Of a stretch of 64,000 nt of DNA, positions 25,001 through 33,047 are shown one piece after another. How positions within the stretch are numbered: the stretch's first letter is position 1; each line of letters begins with the position of its first letter. The notes below the pieces were generated by a model. That model saw only the letters and a list, made by a program, of their open reading frames with translations, was not told the DNA's origin and did no database searches. This stretch comes from Actinomycetota bacterium. GTDB lineage: Bacteria; Actinomycetota; Acidimicrobiia; Acidimicrobiales; VFJN01. The translations under genes and the position numbers were made by a program. The stretch is from positions 4,520-68,519 of the forward strand of contig JBKPAA010000060.1 of the NCBI GenBank assembly GCA_046726215.1, written 5' to 3'.

Positions 25001-25364
25001 CGACCGTCCCGAGCACGAGGCCACCGTGGCTCGGCTGCGTGCCGCGCTGGGCGACGATGCCTTTTCCGACGTGTGGGCCGAAGGTGCAAGCCTCTCCCTC
25101 GACGATGCCGTCGCCTACGCCCGCCGGGCCCGCGGGACCCGCGATCGACCGTCCTCGGGGTGGGCAAGCCTCACGCCAACCGAGCTCAACGTGGTCCGCC
25201 TCGTCGCCGACGGCCTGACCAACCCTGAGATCGGGTCGCGCCTGTTCATCAGCCGAGCCACCGTCAAGACCCACCTGTCACACGTCTACGCCAAGCTCGA
25301 CGTGTCCAATCGCACGGAGCTGGCGGCGCTCGCCAGCAGCCGCGCCACCGGCCACGAGATCTGA
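22086..25364 (+). CDS. Large STAND regulator: cyclase-homology-like N-domain, NB-ARC/AAA ATPase, TPR region, LuxR-type HTH
   Basis: The N-terminal blocks are GTVTFLVSD...GGQTLLSAATASLV...THRLRDLSHPERIFEL. Walker A is LTGMGGAGKTRLA. A long helical repeat region follows. The C-terminal HTH is LTPTELNVVRLVADGLTNPEIGSRLFISRATVKTHLSHVYAKL. Confidence 0.9.
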   Translation: MSADERASILPAGTVTFLVSDAALSDLVADAAAGHNGLRAEAHGPAGADGTVVAVFGSAVDAVAAAADIQRQLLARPGPDDDAARARTGLHTGEALLRDERYYAGAALTRCAQLRDIAHGGQTLLSAATASLVANALPTESVLRDRGTHRLRDLSHPERIFELRAAGVERDFPPLRSLDALAHNLPIQLTSFVGRAAELAAVERLLRGERLVTLTGMGGAGKTRLAAQAAADLADHWPDGVWWVDLGPVTDPALVAELTASTIGVMVEPVGGPRRALSLQLRDRRVLVCLDNCEHLLEASAALAETMLRTCSEVSVLATSREPLGVPGEMVWRVPSLQEDEAVALFVDRASRVRPWFTLDATNEAAVRTLCRRLDGIPLAVELAAAWLRTLTPAQIAAGLDDRFALLVRGVRGAARRQQTLAASMDWSHDLLGETDRVVFRRLGAFAGGFTLGAARALCAGGDGRPVAESNVLPALGRLVDKSLVAVDEREGEARYRLLETIRQYALDRLDAAGERDATRERHLDHFLALAEAIAPELEGPDQDACLDRVEAEHDNFRAALNWGLTPPASERGRRLAAALVWLWYKHGHGDEGLEFLQRAIDLAPDDRSPLQARLLVAAAAIAQVCGQFRRIVDYAQRGVEVATLNNDERTRGRCLFLLAVVQFYVDLDAAWELCVQARACADAAGDAFTADSALVVQGSVPCVRDRYQTALPLLQEGGERCLRRGDRTFAALALNYQDEIALFTGDIRLADRLAMQALEVARPLGDYYAVGLATCHLALVKGFAGDIDGGLTLMEPVVRSVEGADHTVFIPRMGSVLGRLHLWAGDPDAALEWFDRDVRTMDPVSPDNLVVARSLPGLVAALRNLGRRDEARGLVDRAIALARKLDVPHLVADALAQSGRLTAPDDPDTAEDLHHQALALRVDHGIRTFMVDDIDALAKLACRAESHAEAVRLIAAAEVARAEMGCPRPPIDRPEHEATVARLRAALGDDAFSDVWAEGASLSLDDAVAYARRARGTRDRPSSGWASLTPTELNVVRLVADGLTNPEIGSRLFISRATVKTHLSHVYAKLDVSNRTELAALASSRATGHEI

Positions 25365-25384
25365 GGGCCCCGGGTGACCCCCCG

Positions 25385-25981
25385 CTAGCTGTTGCCGACC
25401 GGCAGTACCTGATCGACGAGGGCCGAGGCGAGCGCCGGATCGACGGGCTCGCCGAGCATCAGGCGTCGCAATAGGATCGGGCCCACCAGGGCATCGGCCA
25501 GCAGCTCCGGATCGGCGGTCGCGGGGAGCTCACCAGTCCCGATCGCATCACGCAACAGGCCGACCAGGACCGCACGCCGCTCGGCGCTGAAGCGGTTGTG
25601 GAATTCGCGCACCTTGGGGTCGCGCTCCGCCGCGTCGATGAGCGCTGGCATGCACGTCGAATAGGTCGACTGCTCGACGAGGCAGGCGACCTGCTCGATG
25701 ACGGCCACCACCCGATCGTGCAGCGATCCCTCCGCGGGCACGTCGACGGACGCTTTCAGCGTCCGGAACGCGTCCTCGACGAGCTCGAGCTTTCCGGGCC
25801 AGTGCCGGTAGATGGTGCTCTTCCCGACACCGGCCCGGGCCGCCACTGCCTCGATGGTCAGGGCTCCGTAGCCGACCTCGCCGAGCTCCTCGAGGACCGC
25901 CTCGAGGATCACCCGGCGGGACCGCTCGACGCGGGGATCCTGCTCCGCCAACGCCCCCGACGCGATTCCCACGCCGACCAT
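25385..25981 (-). CDS. TetR family transcriptional regulator
   Basis: The HTH is RVILEAVLEELGEVGYGALTIEAVAARAGVGKSTIYRHWPGKLELV. It lies 4 nt downstream of the MFS gene. Confidence 0.9.
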   Translation of the reverse strand: MVGVGIASGALAEQDPRVERSRRVILEAVLEELGEVGYGALTIEAVAARAGVGKSTIYRHWPGKLELVEDAFRTLKASVDVPAEGSLHDRVVAVIEQVACLVEQSTYSTCMPALIDAAERDPKVREFHNRFSAERRAVLVGLLRDAIGTGELPATADPELLADALVGPILLRRLMLGEPVDPALASALVDQVLPVGNS

Positions 25982-25985
25982 GCGG

Positions 25986-27596
25986 TCATTCTCGCACTTC
26001 CACGGCGCCGGCCGGAACCAGCTCGAGGTCGTAGTCCTCGAGGGCGTCGTCCGCGACCGGCTCGCGGTCGCCGCGCCGTGAAACGGCGAGCACCGCGGCC
26101 GCGGCGGCCAGGGCGATGCCGACCGCCACGGTGTTCGTCAGGGTGAATGCGTGGGTAAAGGCCGACGACGCCTGGGCCATCACGTCCGCTCCACCCGGCA
26201 CACGGTCTGCGATCGCGCTGGCGGCGCCGATGGATTCCCCGGCGGCGGCGCGAGCGCCGGCCGGCAGCTGGAGCCTGTCGAGATCGACGCCGGATCGATA
26301 CGCGGTGTTGGCGATGCTGCCGAGCAGGGCGATGCCCAATGCGCCCCCGAGCTCGCGGGTGGTGTCGTTCACGGCCGACCCGACACCGGCCTTCGAGAGC
26401 GGCACCGACGTCATGATCTCGCTGGTCGCCGGCGCGGCGGTGATGCTCATGCCGGCACCGAGGAGCGTGAACGCGGCCGCGATCACCAGGTAGGGCGTAT
26501 CGGGTGTCAGTGTCGTGAGGACGCCGAAGCCGATGGCCACCACCGTGAGCCCCAGCGCCATCACCCGGGCGGCGCCGTACCGCTGCGCCAGTGCCGCGCT
26601 GCGGGGCGAGAAGACCAGGAAGGACAGCGCCAGGGGTAGCCCGGCGAGGCCGGCCTCGAGCGGCGAGTACCCCCGGCCGAACTGCAGATACTGCGTCATG
26701 AGGAAGAAGAAGCCGAACATGGCGAAGAAGGCGACCATGATCACGCCGCTGCCCGTGCTGAAGCGACGATCCCGGAACAGCGTCAGCGGCAGCATGGGAT
26801 GGTCACTGCGCCGCTCCCACCTCACGAAAAGCGACAGGGTGACGCCGGCGGCGAGGAACGCTGCGATCACGGGGCCGCTCGTCCAGCCGTCCTCGGGACC
26901 CTGGATGATCCCGAAGATCAGCGAGCTCAGGCCGACCAACGACAGCAGCGCACCGACCGGGTCGAGGGGCGTGTGCGTGTCGTCCCGGGAGTCGGGTGCA
27001 TAGGCGCGGACGGCGGCCAGGATCCCCACCACGATGGGCACGTTCACGAGCAGGGTCGAGCCCCACCAGAATCCCTCGAGCAGCCCGCCGGTCACGATCG
27101 GGCCGATCGACGCCCCCGCCCCTGCGAAGCCGGCCCAGATCGCGATGGCTCGCGGCCGCTCCTCGGGCGGGAAGATCGACGTGATGAGCGACAGGGTCGC
27201 CGGCATGATGAAGGCGGCTCCGATGCCCATCACCGCCCGGCTGGCGATCACCTGTGACGCGTCGTTCGCGAGCCCGCCGAGGAGGGCGCCGACGCCGAAC
27301 ACGACGAGGCCGCTGAGCAACGCGCCCCTGCGTCCGAAGCGGTCGCCGATCGCGCCTGCGCTCAGCAGCAGGCCGGCAAACACCACCGCGTAGGAGTCGA
27401 CGATCCATTGCAGCTCGGACGCCGAGGCCTGCAGGTCGCGCTGCATGGTCGGCAGTGCCGTGTTGAGGCCCGACACCGACATGACCACGAGGACGAGGGA
27501 CAGGCACATGATCGCCAGCAAGAACCAGCGGCGGGCGTGGATCTCCGGCCGCTCGTGCAGGGGTATCGCGGGCGCGACCGCGGGAGCAGAGGCCAT
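25986..27596 (-). CDS. MFS transporter, DHA2 (EmrB/QacA-like, 14-TMS) family
   Basis: The blocks LNTALPTMQRDLQAS, IGDRFGRRGALL and ST...VNVPIG are present, with about 14 hydrophobic segments. Confidence 0.9.
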   Translation of the reverse strand: MASAPAVAPAIPLHERPEIHARRWFLLAIMCLSLVLVVMSVSGLNTALPTMQRDLQASASELQWIVDSYAVVFAGLLLSAGAIGDRFGRRGALLSGLVVFGVGALLGGLANDASQVIASRAVMGIGAAFIMPATLSLITSIFPPEERPRAIAIWAGFAGAGASIGPIVTGGLLEGFWWGSTLLVNVPIVVGILAAVRAYAPDSRDDTHTPLDPVGALLSLVGLSSLIFGIIQGPEDGWTSGPVIAAFLAAGVTLSLFVRWERRSDHPMLPLTLFRDRRFSTGSGVIMVAFFAMFGFFFLMTQYLQFGRGYSPLEAGLAGLPLALSFLVFSPRSAALAQRYGAARVMALGLTVVAIGFGVLTTLTPDTPYLVIAAAFTLLGAGMSITAAPATSEIMTSVPLSKAGVGSAVNDTTRELGGALGIALLGSIANTAYRSGVDLDRLQLPAGARAAAGESIGAASAIADRVPGGADVMAQASSAFTHAFTLTNTVAVGIALAAAAAVLAVSRRGDREPVADDALEDYDLELVPAGAVEVRE

Positions 27597-27675
27597 CGTG
27601 AGCTCCTTGGGGGACCGAGGATGTTCGCTTCGACCGAGACACTCTCGTCTCTCTCTGAAACGTATGCGTCTCGAA

Positions 27676-27705
27676 ACGATACGACAACGTCTTATATCGT
27701 GTCGT
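27676..27705. promoter_or_regulatory. Imperfect inverted repeat ACGATACGACA-N8-TATCGTGTCGT, candidate TetR operator of the MFS-TetR operon
   Basis: The arms match at 9 of 11 positions. It lies in the relatively AT-rich leader, about 80 nt upstream of the MFS start. Confidence 0.4.
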
Positions 27706-27733
27706 TCGTCACGCGGCGGGTCCCCGTCGGCGC

Positions 27734-28276
27734 TCAGGGTTGGCCATGGTGGCCGGCGGGGACGTCGCCGAGGCCCAGGAGTGCGCTGCGGAGCAGCCTG
27801 GCCAGGTCGTGTTGCTGGCGCATTGAGAGCGCAGCCAGGATCTCTCGCTCGGTCGCCAGGTGGGTGTGGACGACCTCGTCGACGAGATCGCGCCCCCGCT
27901 TCGTGAGACGCACGATGACCTTGCGCCGATCGCCACTTCTCCTGCGCTCGACGAGCCCTCGCTGTTCGAGGCGGTCGATGCGGTTGGTGACGGCGCCGGT
28001 GGTGACCATCGTCTGGCGCACCAGGTCGCCGGCGGTGAGCTCGTACGGCTCACCCGAGCGGCGCAGCGTGGCGAGCACGTCGTACATCCAGCTCTCGATG
28101 CCGTGTCGTGCGAAGTTCTCCGCCAGGCGCCGGTCCACGAGCCGCGACAGCCGCGACACCCGCCCGATCACGTTGATCGGAGACACGTCGACGTCGGGGC
28201 GCACGGCGTTCCATTGCTCCGTGATCCGATCGACGGCATCGGCGTCCTGCCGGGGCACGTTCCGGACTGTACCCAC
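27734..28276 (-). CDS. MarR family transcriptional regulator
   Basis: The wHTH core is DVLATLRRSGEPYELTAGDLVRQTMVTTGAVTNRIDRLEQRGLVERRRSGDRRKVIVRLT. Confidence 0.9.
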   Translation of the reverse strand: MGTVRNVPRQDADAVDRITEQWNAVRPDVDVSPINVIGRVSRLSRLVDRRLAENFARHGIESWMYDVLATLRRSGEPYELTAGDLVRQTMVTTGAVTNRIDRLEQRGLVERRRSGDRRKVIVRLTKRGRDLVDEVVHTHLATEREILAALSMRQQHDLARLLRSALLGLGDVPAGHHGQP

Positions 28277-28282
28277 GAAGGG

Positions 28283-28317
28283 TTGACGCTCATAGTCTCA
28301 ATGTTAAGTTAATTAAC
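28283..28317 (+). promoter_or_regulatory. Sigma-70-like promoter (TTGACG-16 nt-TAAGTT) plus perfect palindrome GTTAATTAAC abutting the EamA GTG
   Basis: It is an AT-rich island in a GC-rich background. The -35 element is at 28283-28288 and the -10 at 28305-28310. The palindrome at 28308-28317 ends 1 nt before GTG 28318, which suggests a leaderless mRNA and a MarR operator. Confidence 0.45.
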
Positions 28318-29727
28318 GTGAAATCAAATCTCCGGGCTGCCACGGGGGCGGCGGGCGCGACCGTGCTGGCGCCGATCTCGTGGGGAACCAGCTACGTCAC
28401 GATCACCGAGCTGCTGCCAGAAGGCCGGCCCCTCCTCGTGGCCGCCATGCGCGTCGTGCCCTCCGGCCTGGCGCTGCTGATGGTCGGGGCCCTCGCGTCG
28501 CGCTGGCGGCCACGGGGCCGGGAGTGGTTGCGCACGGGCACGCTGGCGGTCTTCAACTTCGGCATCTTCTTCCCGTTGCTGGTCGCCGCCGTGTACCGCC
28601 TGCCCGGCGGCGTGGCGGCCGCCGCCGGCGGACTGCAACCGCTCCTGGTCGCCGGCTTGTCATGGCGGATCGCCGGCCGCCGGCCCCGACCGCTGGAGCT
28701 GGCGGTGGGCTGCGTCGCGGCGCTGGGCGTGGCGCTCGTCGTGATCCGCCCGGGTGCGGGCCTCGACCCCGTCGGGGTGCTCGCCGCCGTCGCCGCCAAC
28801 ATCTCGTTCGCCGTCGGGGTCGTGCTCACCAAGCGCTTCCCTCCACCGCCAAACCGCCTCGCCGCCACCGGTTGGCAGCTGCTGATGAGCGGCCTGATCC
28901 TCGTGCCGCTCACCGTCATCGCGGAGGGCGCCCCGCCGTCGCTCAGCGGGCGCAACATCGCCGGGTTCGCCTACCTGAGCCTGGCCGCCACCGCCCTAGC
29001 GTTCGTGCTCTGGTTCAACGGGATCCGCCGCCTACCGACCGCCGCGCCACCCCTCCTGGGCCTGGCCGCCCCCGTCACGGGCGCGGTGCTGGGATGGGCC
29101 ATCCTCGGCCAGTCACTGTCGCCGTTGCAGTTGACCGGGTTCGTCATCACCATCGCAGCCATCGGCTACGGCGCCTCGCTCCCAGTGGTCCCCAGTGCGG
29201 GCCGCGTCCGGACCTGCGCCTCAGGTCGAACAGAACCAGTCGTCGGCCACACGGTCGGCCACACCGTCGGCCACACGGTCACCGCTCCCAGGCGCGTCGG
29301 GGGCCGGGAACGGCGATCGAAAGGTGAACGCCTCGGGCGACGGCCCGTCGCGTCGAAGCAGCTCGAGGCGATCCCGCGCGTCGGACACCGTGGGAAGCGT
29401 GCCGGCGGTGACCCACCACAGCACCAGGTACGCGTTGCCGAGCCGCTCGAACCATTCCTGCCGGCGGCGCATCACGTCCCGGTGCCTCGTGCGGTACACG
29501 AACTCGGCGAGCGCGTCGATCGACTCCCACACGCTCATGTTGAGGAGCAGCATGTCGTCCTCGAACGCACGGATCGCGGTAGCGTCGCCGGCGTCGGTCT
29601 GCAGCCGCCAGACGAAGCCGTGCGCCTCGTCGGCCCTCCGATTGATCGGCTCGAGGGCGGCTACGAAGCCGGCCAGCTGCGGCGAGTCGAGCGGTGCCAG
29701 CAGCCGGGCGATGTTGCACTGGGCTAG
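28318..29727 (+). CDS. EamA/DMT family transporter (10-TMS part ends near 29210; ORF has no stop until 29727)
   Basis: Two EamA-like halves have typical TM spacing. After the last TM (LQLTGFVITIAAIGYGA) the frame stays open for about 170 more codons, antisense to the DUF3291 gene. The nearest stop in any + frame is at 29325-29327. Confidence 0.7.
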   Translation: MKSNLRAATGAAGATVLAPISWGTSYVTITELLPEGRPLLVAAMRVVPSGLALLMVGALASRWRPRGREWLRTGTLAVFNFGIFFPLLVAAVYRLPGGVAAAAGGLQPLLVAGLSWRIAGRRPRPLELAVGCVAALGVALVVIRPGAGLDPVGVLAAVAANISFAVGVVLTKRFPPPPNRLAATGWQLLMSGLILVPLTVIAEGAPPSLSGRNIAGFAYLSLAATALAFVLWFNGIRRLPTAAPPLLGLAAPVTGAVLGWAILGQSLSPLQLTGFVITIAAIGYGASLPVVPSAGRVRTCASGRTEPVVGHTVGHTVGHTVTAPRRVGGRERRSKGERLGRRPVASKQLEAIPRVGHRGKRAGGDPPQHQVRVAEPLEPFLPAAHHVPVPRAVHELGERVDRLPHAHVEEQHVVLERTDRGSVAGVGLQPPDEAVRLVGPPIDRLEGGYEAGQLRRVERCQQPGDVALG

Positions 29728-29751
29728 GTGGTATTCGGCCACCCGGTCCAC
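29221..29751 (-). CDS. DUF3291 domain-containing protein
   Basis: The blocks YHLAQCNIARLLAPLDSPQLAGFVAALEPINRRADEAHGFVWRLQ and LLLNMSVWESIDALAEFVY match the family. The C-terminal DRVADGVADRVAD is encoded by 3 x 12-nt repeats (29251-29286). Confidence 0.8.
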   Translation of the reverse strand: MDRVAEYHLAQCNIARLLAPLDSPQLAGFVAALEPINRRADEAHGFVWRLQTDAGDATAIRAFEDDMLLLNMSVWESIDALAEFVYRTRHRDVMRRRQEWFERLGNAYLVLWWVTAGTLPTVSDARDRLELLRRDGPSPEAFTFRSPFPAPDAPGSGDRVADGVADRVADDWFCST

Positions 29752-29779
29752 CGTATCGGGGTAGCTGCGCCTGGTGGAC

Positions 29780-30361
29780 CTAGTCCCGCGCCGGCGTGCC
29801 GATGCCGCCCCGGGCGATCGTCCGATCGAGGATGCCGAGGGTGGCCCGCAGGGCGCCCTCGGACAGGACGGGGAGCACCCCGGCCTCCTTCCACACCGGG
29901 TCGATCGAGGACCAGTCGTAGTACGACGTCACGAGCGTCCCGTCGTCGACCGGTTCGAGCTTGTATCCGTAGATGTGGCCGATCTGCGGGCGGATCCTGC
30001 CGCGGATCGTCCACGCGATCTCGCGGTCGGGCACGAACGTCGTGATGGTGACGGTCACGTCGTAGCGCCCCAAGGGGTAGTCGTTGAGTGCCTCGCGATC
30101 CATGTGCACGACGAAGCTGTCACCGACGCCGGCCACGGGCTCGCCCGTGGCATCCATCAGCATGCCGGAGCTGTCGATGGCGACGTGCCCATGCGGATCG
30201 CACAGCACGCGGAAGATCGTGGCTGCGTCGGCGGGGATGCTCCGCTGGACCTCCATCCGCTCGATCGGCGCCTCGTCGCTCGTCTTCCCGTCGCTCGGCG
30301 CCTCGTCCTTCGGGGTTCCCTCGCTCGCGGTCTCGTCGCTCGCGGTCTCCTCGCTGGTCAT
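29780..30361 (-). CDS. SRPBCC (polyketide cyclase/dehydrase-like) family protein
   Basis: The start is taken at ATG 30361 (MTSEETASDE...). The core is VQRSIPADAATIFRVLCDPHGHVAIDSSGML...VTSYYDWS. The acidic Ser/Thr-rich N-terminal tail is encoded by short repeats. Confidence 0.75.
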   Translation of the reverse strand: MTSEETASDETASEGTPKDEAPSDGKTSDEAPIERMEVQRSIPADAATIFRVLCDPHGHVAIDSSGMLMDATGEPVAGVGDSFVVHMDREALNDYPLGRYDVTVTITTFVPDREIAWTIRGRIRPQIGHIYGYKLEPVDDGTLVTSYYDWSSIDPVWKEAGVLPVLSEGALRATLGILDRTIARGGIGTPARD

Positions 30362-30402
30362 GCCCGCATCCTGCCACCACGTTGCCAGCGGTGCGCACGC
30401 CG

Positions 30403-31137
30403 TCATGTTTCCCGGCGCGTGCAGGTGTAGGCGCCGTACGCCGAGCGACGGAACCTTCGCTCGACGACGTCGAACCCGGCGTGGTCGAGCATCGATTCGA
30501 GCAGCCAGCTGTAGGTGCTGAACTCCCCCCGCATGTGCTCGGCCAACTCCGCAGCGGTCCAGCCGACCGCCGGGTCGTCCATGGCACCCGACATCCACGC
30601 CTCGATGCGCTCCTCGGCCCTCGCCGGGAGCGAAGTCGAAGATCAGATCGCGCAGTCGCAGCGTGCCGCTTGGCCCGAGAAACGACGCGATCCGTCCGAG
30701 CGCGATCGCCTTCCAGAAGTCCGGGAGCTGGTGCAGCGCATTGCGCGTGAACACAACGTCCACCGGATCGCCGTCGTGGACGTACGTGAGGAACCCGCCC
30801 TCCACCACGGCCACGTTGTCGAGCCCGAGGCCGTCGACGCGGGCGCGGAGCGCCGCCGTCATCGCTTCCGAGATGCCCACGGCGACGACCTGACGACACA
30901 GCGGCGCATGGCCACCGCGAAGGTCCCGGTGCCGGCTCCGAGATCGACGACGACGGAGTCGCGACCCAGGCCGTGGCGGCGAAGCGCGTCGATGTCCTCG
31001 GCCGGATCGAATCGGGCCTTGCGGTCATAGCCGGCCACATACCCGGGATGGAGGTGCTCCCGGCCTGCGTGCGCACGCTCGTCCAGCCACCAACTCCTCA
31101 TGCCTGAAACCTCCGGAACGCCAGGGGCCTCGGGCAC
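30403..31137 (-). pseudogene. Class I SAM-dependent methyltransferase, disrupted by two frameshifts
   Basis: The three collinear pieces lie in three frames. Piece 1 is ...VVDLGAGTGTFAVAM (31137->~30895). Piece 2 is LCRQVVAVGISEAMTAALRARV...VVFTRNALHQLPD...GTLRLRDLIFDF (~30895->~30620). Piece 3 is AEERIEAWMSGAMDDPAVGWTAAELAEHMR...AYGAYTCTRR (~30620->30403). Confidence 0.75.
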
Positions 31138-31156
31138 CGGCCGGGGCCTACGGTGA

Positions 31157-31870
31157 TTGTCGGGTCTCGACGGCCGGATTGGACCGGTTGTCCGACTGCG
31201 GTCCGGGGAGACTGTGTTCGTGGCTGCGTTCGCAGATCTGCCCAGCGAGCCCCTCAGTGACCACTACGGCTTCGATCGAGGCACACCCGTGGACCGGCGG
31301 TACATCGAAGCGTTCCTGAGTGCGCGTCGCGCCGCGATTCATGGGCGGGTGCTCGAAGTTCAGGACAACACCTACACGATGATGTTCGGGGCCGATCGGG
31401 TTCTCGAGAGCGCGGTCGTCGACATCGATGCCGGCAACCCCAGCGCGACCCTCATCGCAGACCTTCAGCAGGTGGGCTCACTGTCCCCCGAGTCCTACGA
31501 CTGCATCATCCTGACCCAGACGCTGCACCTCCTCCGCCGACCGGCCCAATGCATCGACAACTGCTTCGGCGCCCTGCGGGCACGAGGCGTCCTGCTCGCC
31601 ACCGCTCCCTCGGTCAGTCGCGTTAGCCCGACCTACCCCGATGGCGACTTCTGGCGTTTCACACCAGCCGGAATGGCCGAGCTCTTCAGCCGGCACTGGC
31701 CGAGCGACTTCACCGTGCACGCATTCGGCAATCTCCGAACCTGCGTCGCGTTCCTCCTGGGCGAGGCTCAGGAGGAACTCCCTGGCGCTGCTCTCGACTA
31801 CCACGACCCACGCTTTCCGCTCACCGTCGCCGTCGAGGCGAACAAGAGCCCACGAGAGTCTGGGTATTGA
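31157..31870 (+). CDS. Class I SAM-dependent methyltransferase
   Basis: The blocks ADLPSEPLSDHYGFDRGTPVDRRYIEAFL, GRVLEVQDNTYT and YDCIILTQTLHLL are present. GC is visibly lower than in the flanks. The start is uncertain (ATG 31157 or the GTG at VFVAAF). Confidence 0.75.
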   Translation: MSGLDGRIGPVVRLRSGETVFVAAFADLPSEPLSDHYGFDRGTPVDRRYIEAFLSARRAAIHGRVLEVQDNTYTMMFGADRVLESAVVDIDAGNPSATLIADLQQVGSLSPESYDCIILTQTLHLLRRPAQCIDNCFGALRARGVLLATAPSVSRVSPTYPDGDFWRFTPAGMAELFSRHWPSDFTVHAFGNLRTCVAFLLGEAQEELPGAALDYHDPRFPLTVAVEANKSPRESGY

Positions 31871-32017
31871 CTCCGATTGCTTCCGCGGGCTGCCAGGCCC
31901 CGGCCGGGTGCCGGGGCCTGTGTGATTGTGCGGTCTCGGACGGATTCGGGTGCGCCGGCGTCAAGGGTGCGCTGCGCCGGCCTGCGGCCGCCCTTGAGCC
32001 CCGGCTCGGCGGCGGGG

Positions 32018-32506
32018 TCAATCTGGCGTCGTCGGCGGTGACAACTCCCATACCTCTTCGGGCCTCTCGATGCCCCGCATTACCCTCCGGCCCCGGTACA
32101 ACGAGCCCAGGCCCTCGGGCATCCGGACGGCCACCAAGCCAGCGGTCACGCCCGACAGCAGCGTCTGACCCCATCCGCGAGGGCGCGTAGCCGGGCTGCA
32201 CGGTTCACCGCGGGGCCGTACCGTCGCCGTCTCGAGGCTCGGCGTCGCCTGTGTGCACGCCGACGCGAACCCGTACCGGCGTCGCCTTGGGCCACTCCTC
32301 GGCGGCAACCACCACCTGTACGGCCACTTCTGCTGCCACTGCCTCGGCCGGATGGTCGAACACCGAGAAGGTCGAATCGCCCTCGCTGCCGTGACAAATC
32401 TTCGATGCCCGCGTGCGGGTCGGAACCTACAGACGGTGGTGCCCGAGGCCGACGGGCACTCGACCTCGAGCTCCACCTGTCCCACCGGGATGTGATCGTC
32501 AACCAC
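32018..32506 (-). pseudogene. Degraded cyclase-homology-domain fragment (N-terminal remnant of a LuxR-STAND-type regulator)
   Basis: Collinear pieces lie in different frames. They are GTTVCRF; GDSTFSVFDHPAEAVAAEVAVQ...VRVRVGVHTGDAEPRDGD; YGPAVNRAARLRALADG; and GQTLLSGVTAGLV...RGIERPEEVWEL. They parallel the N-terminus of the 22086 gene. No NB-ARC part follows. Confidence 0.65.
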
Positions 32507-32534
32507 TACGGATCGACGGTCGCCCGCTGATCCC

Positions 32535-33047
32535 TCACCGCGTCGGCATGTGACGGCTGCCGGGAACGAACTCGCCCTCGTAGGAGCTGTTCTCGGCCCG
32601 ATCCTGCAGCTGCTGCACGTAGGACTCGGCCTGGGCCATCTGGGCGGCCCGGTTGCCCGAGCTGCTCACAGCCCGATCCTGCTGCTGCTGCACGTAGGAC
32701 TCGGCCTGGGCCATCTGGGCGGCCCGGTTGCCAGCCTCGACCGCGCTCTTGTACTGCTCGGCCTGCGCCGTGAGCCTGGCGCTCGCCGCCTGGTACGCCC
32801 GCTGTTGCCGAGCGAGCTCGGCAGCCGAGTTGTTCAGGTGCTGATCGCTGCCGGCACTGGCAGACACCCGAGCGAGCTCGTCGGCCTTGTTGGCCAGGTG
32901 CTGATCGCTACCCAGACCGACGACGCTGGGCGCCGCCACCCTGACAGCCTCGGTGTCATCGTTGTCGCCGCACGCGGCGAGTCCAAGAGCTCCCACGAGG
33001 GCGACCGGTGCCGCCCAACGCAGTGCCCGCTTGCTGAAGTACGACAT
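32535..33047 (-). CDS. Lipoprotein with internal tandem repeats
   Basis: It has a signal peptide plus lipobox (ALGLAAC). The repeats are GSDQHL(A/N)N(K/S)A(D/A)ELAR x2 and GNRAAQMAQAESYVQQ(Q/L)QDRA x2. Confidence 0.75.
   Translation of the reverse strand: MSYFSKRALRWAAPVALVGALGLAACGDNDDTEAVRVAAPSVVGLGSDQHLANKADELARVSASAGSDQHLNNSAAELARQQRAYQAASARLTAQAEQYKSAVEAGNRAAQMAQAESYVQQQQDRAVSSSGNRAAQMAQAESYVQQLQDRAENSSYEGEFVPGSRHMPTR
32596..32732. repeat. 75-nt-period tandem duplication (two ~62-nt near-identical copies) inside the lipoprotein gene
   Basis: The stretch gcccgatcctgc(a/t)gctgctgcacgtaggactcggcctgggccatctgggcggcccggttgcc occurs at 32596 and 32671. Confidence 0.85.

Noticed and set aside
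22086-25364. STAND NTPases (22086, 40430, 50745) as Avs/antiviral-STAND-type defence proteins.
   Set aside because: All three end or begin with classical DNA-binding output domains (LuxR HTH or SARP wHTH+BTAD). They lack nuclease, protease, TIR or other effector domains. They fit the LAL/AfsR transcription-regulator families.
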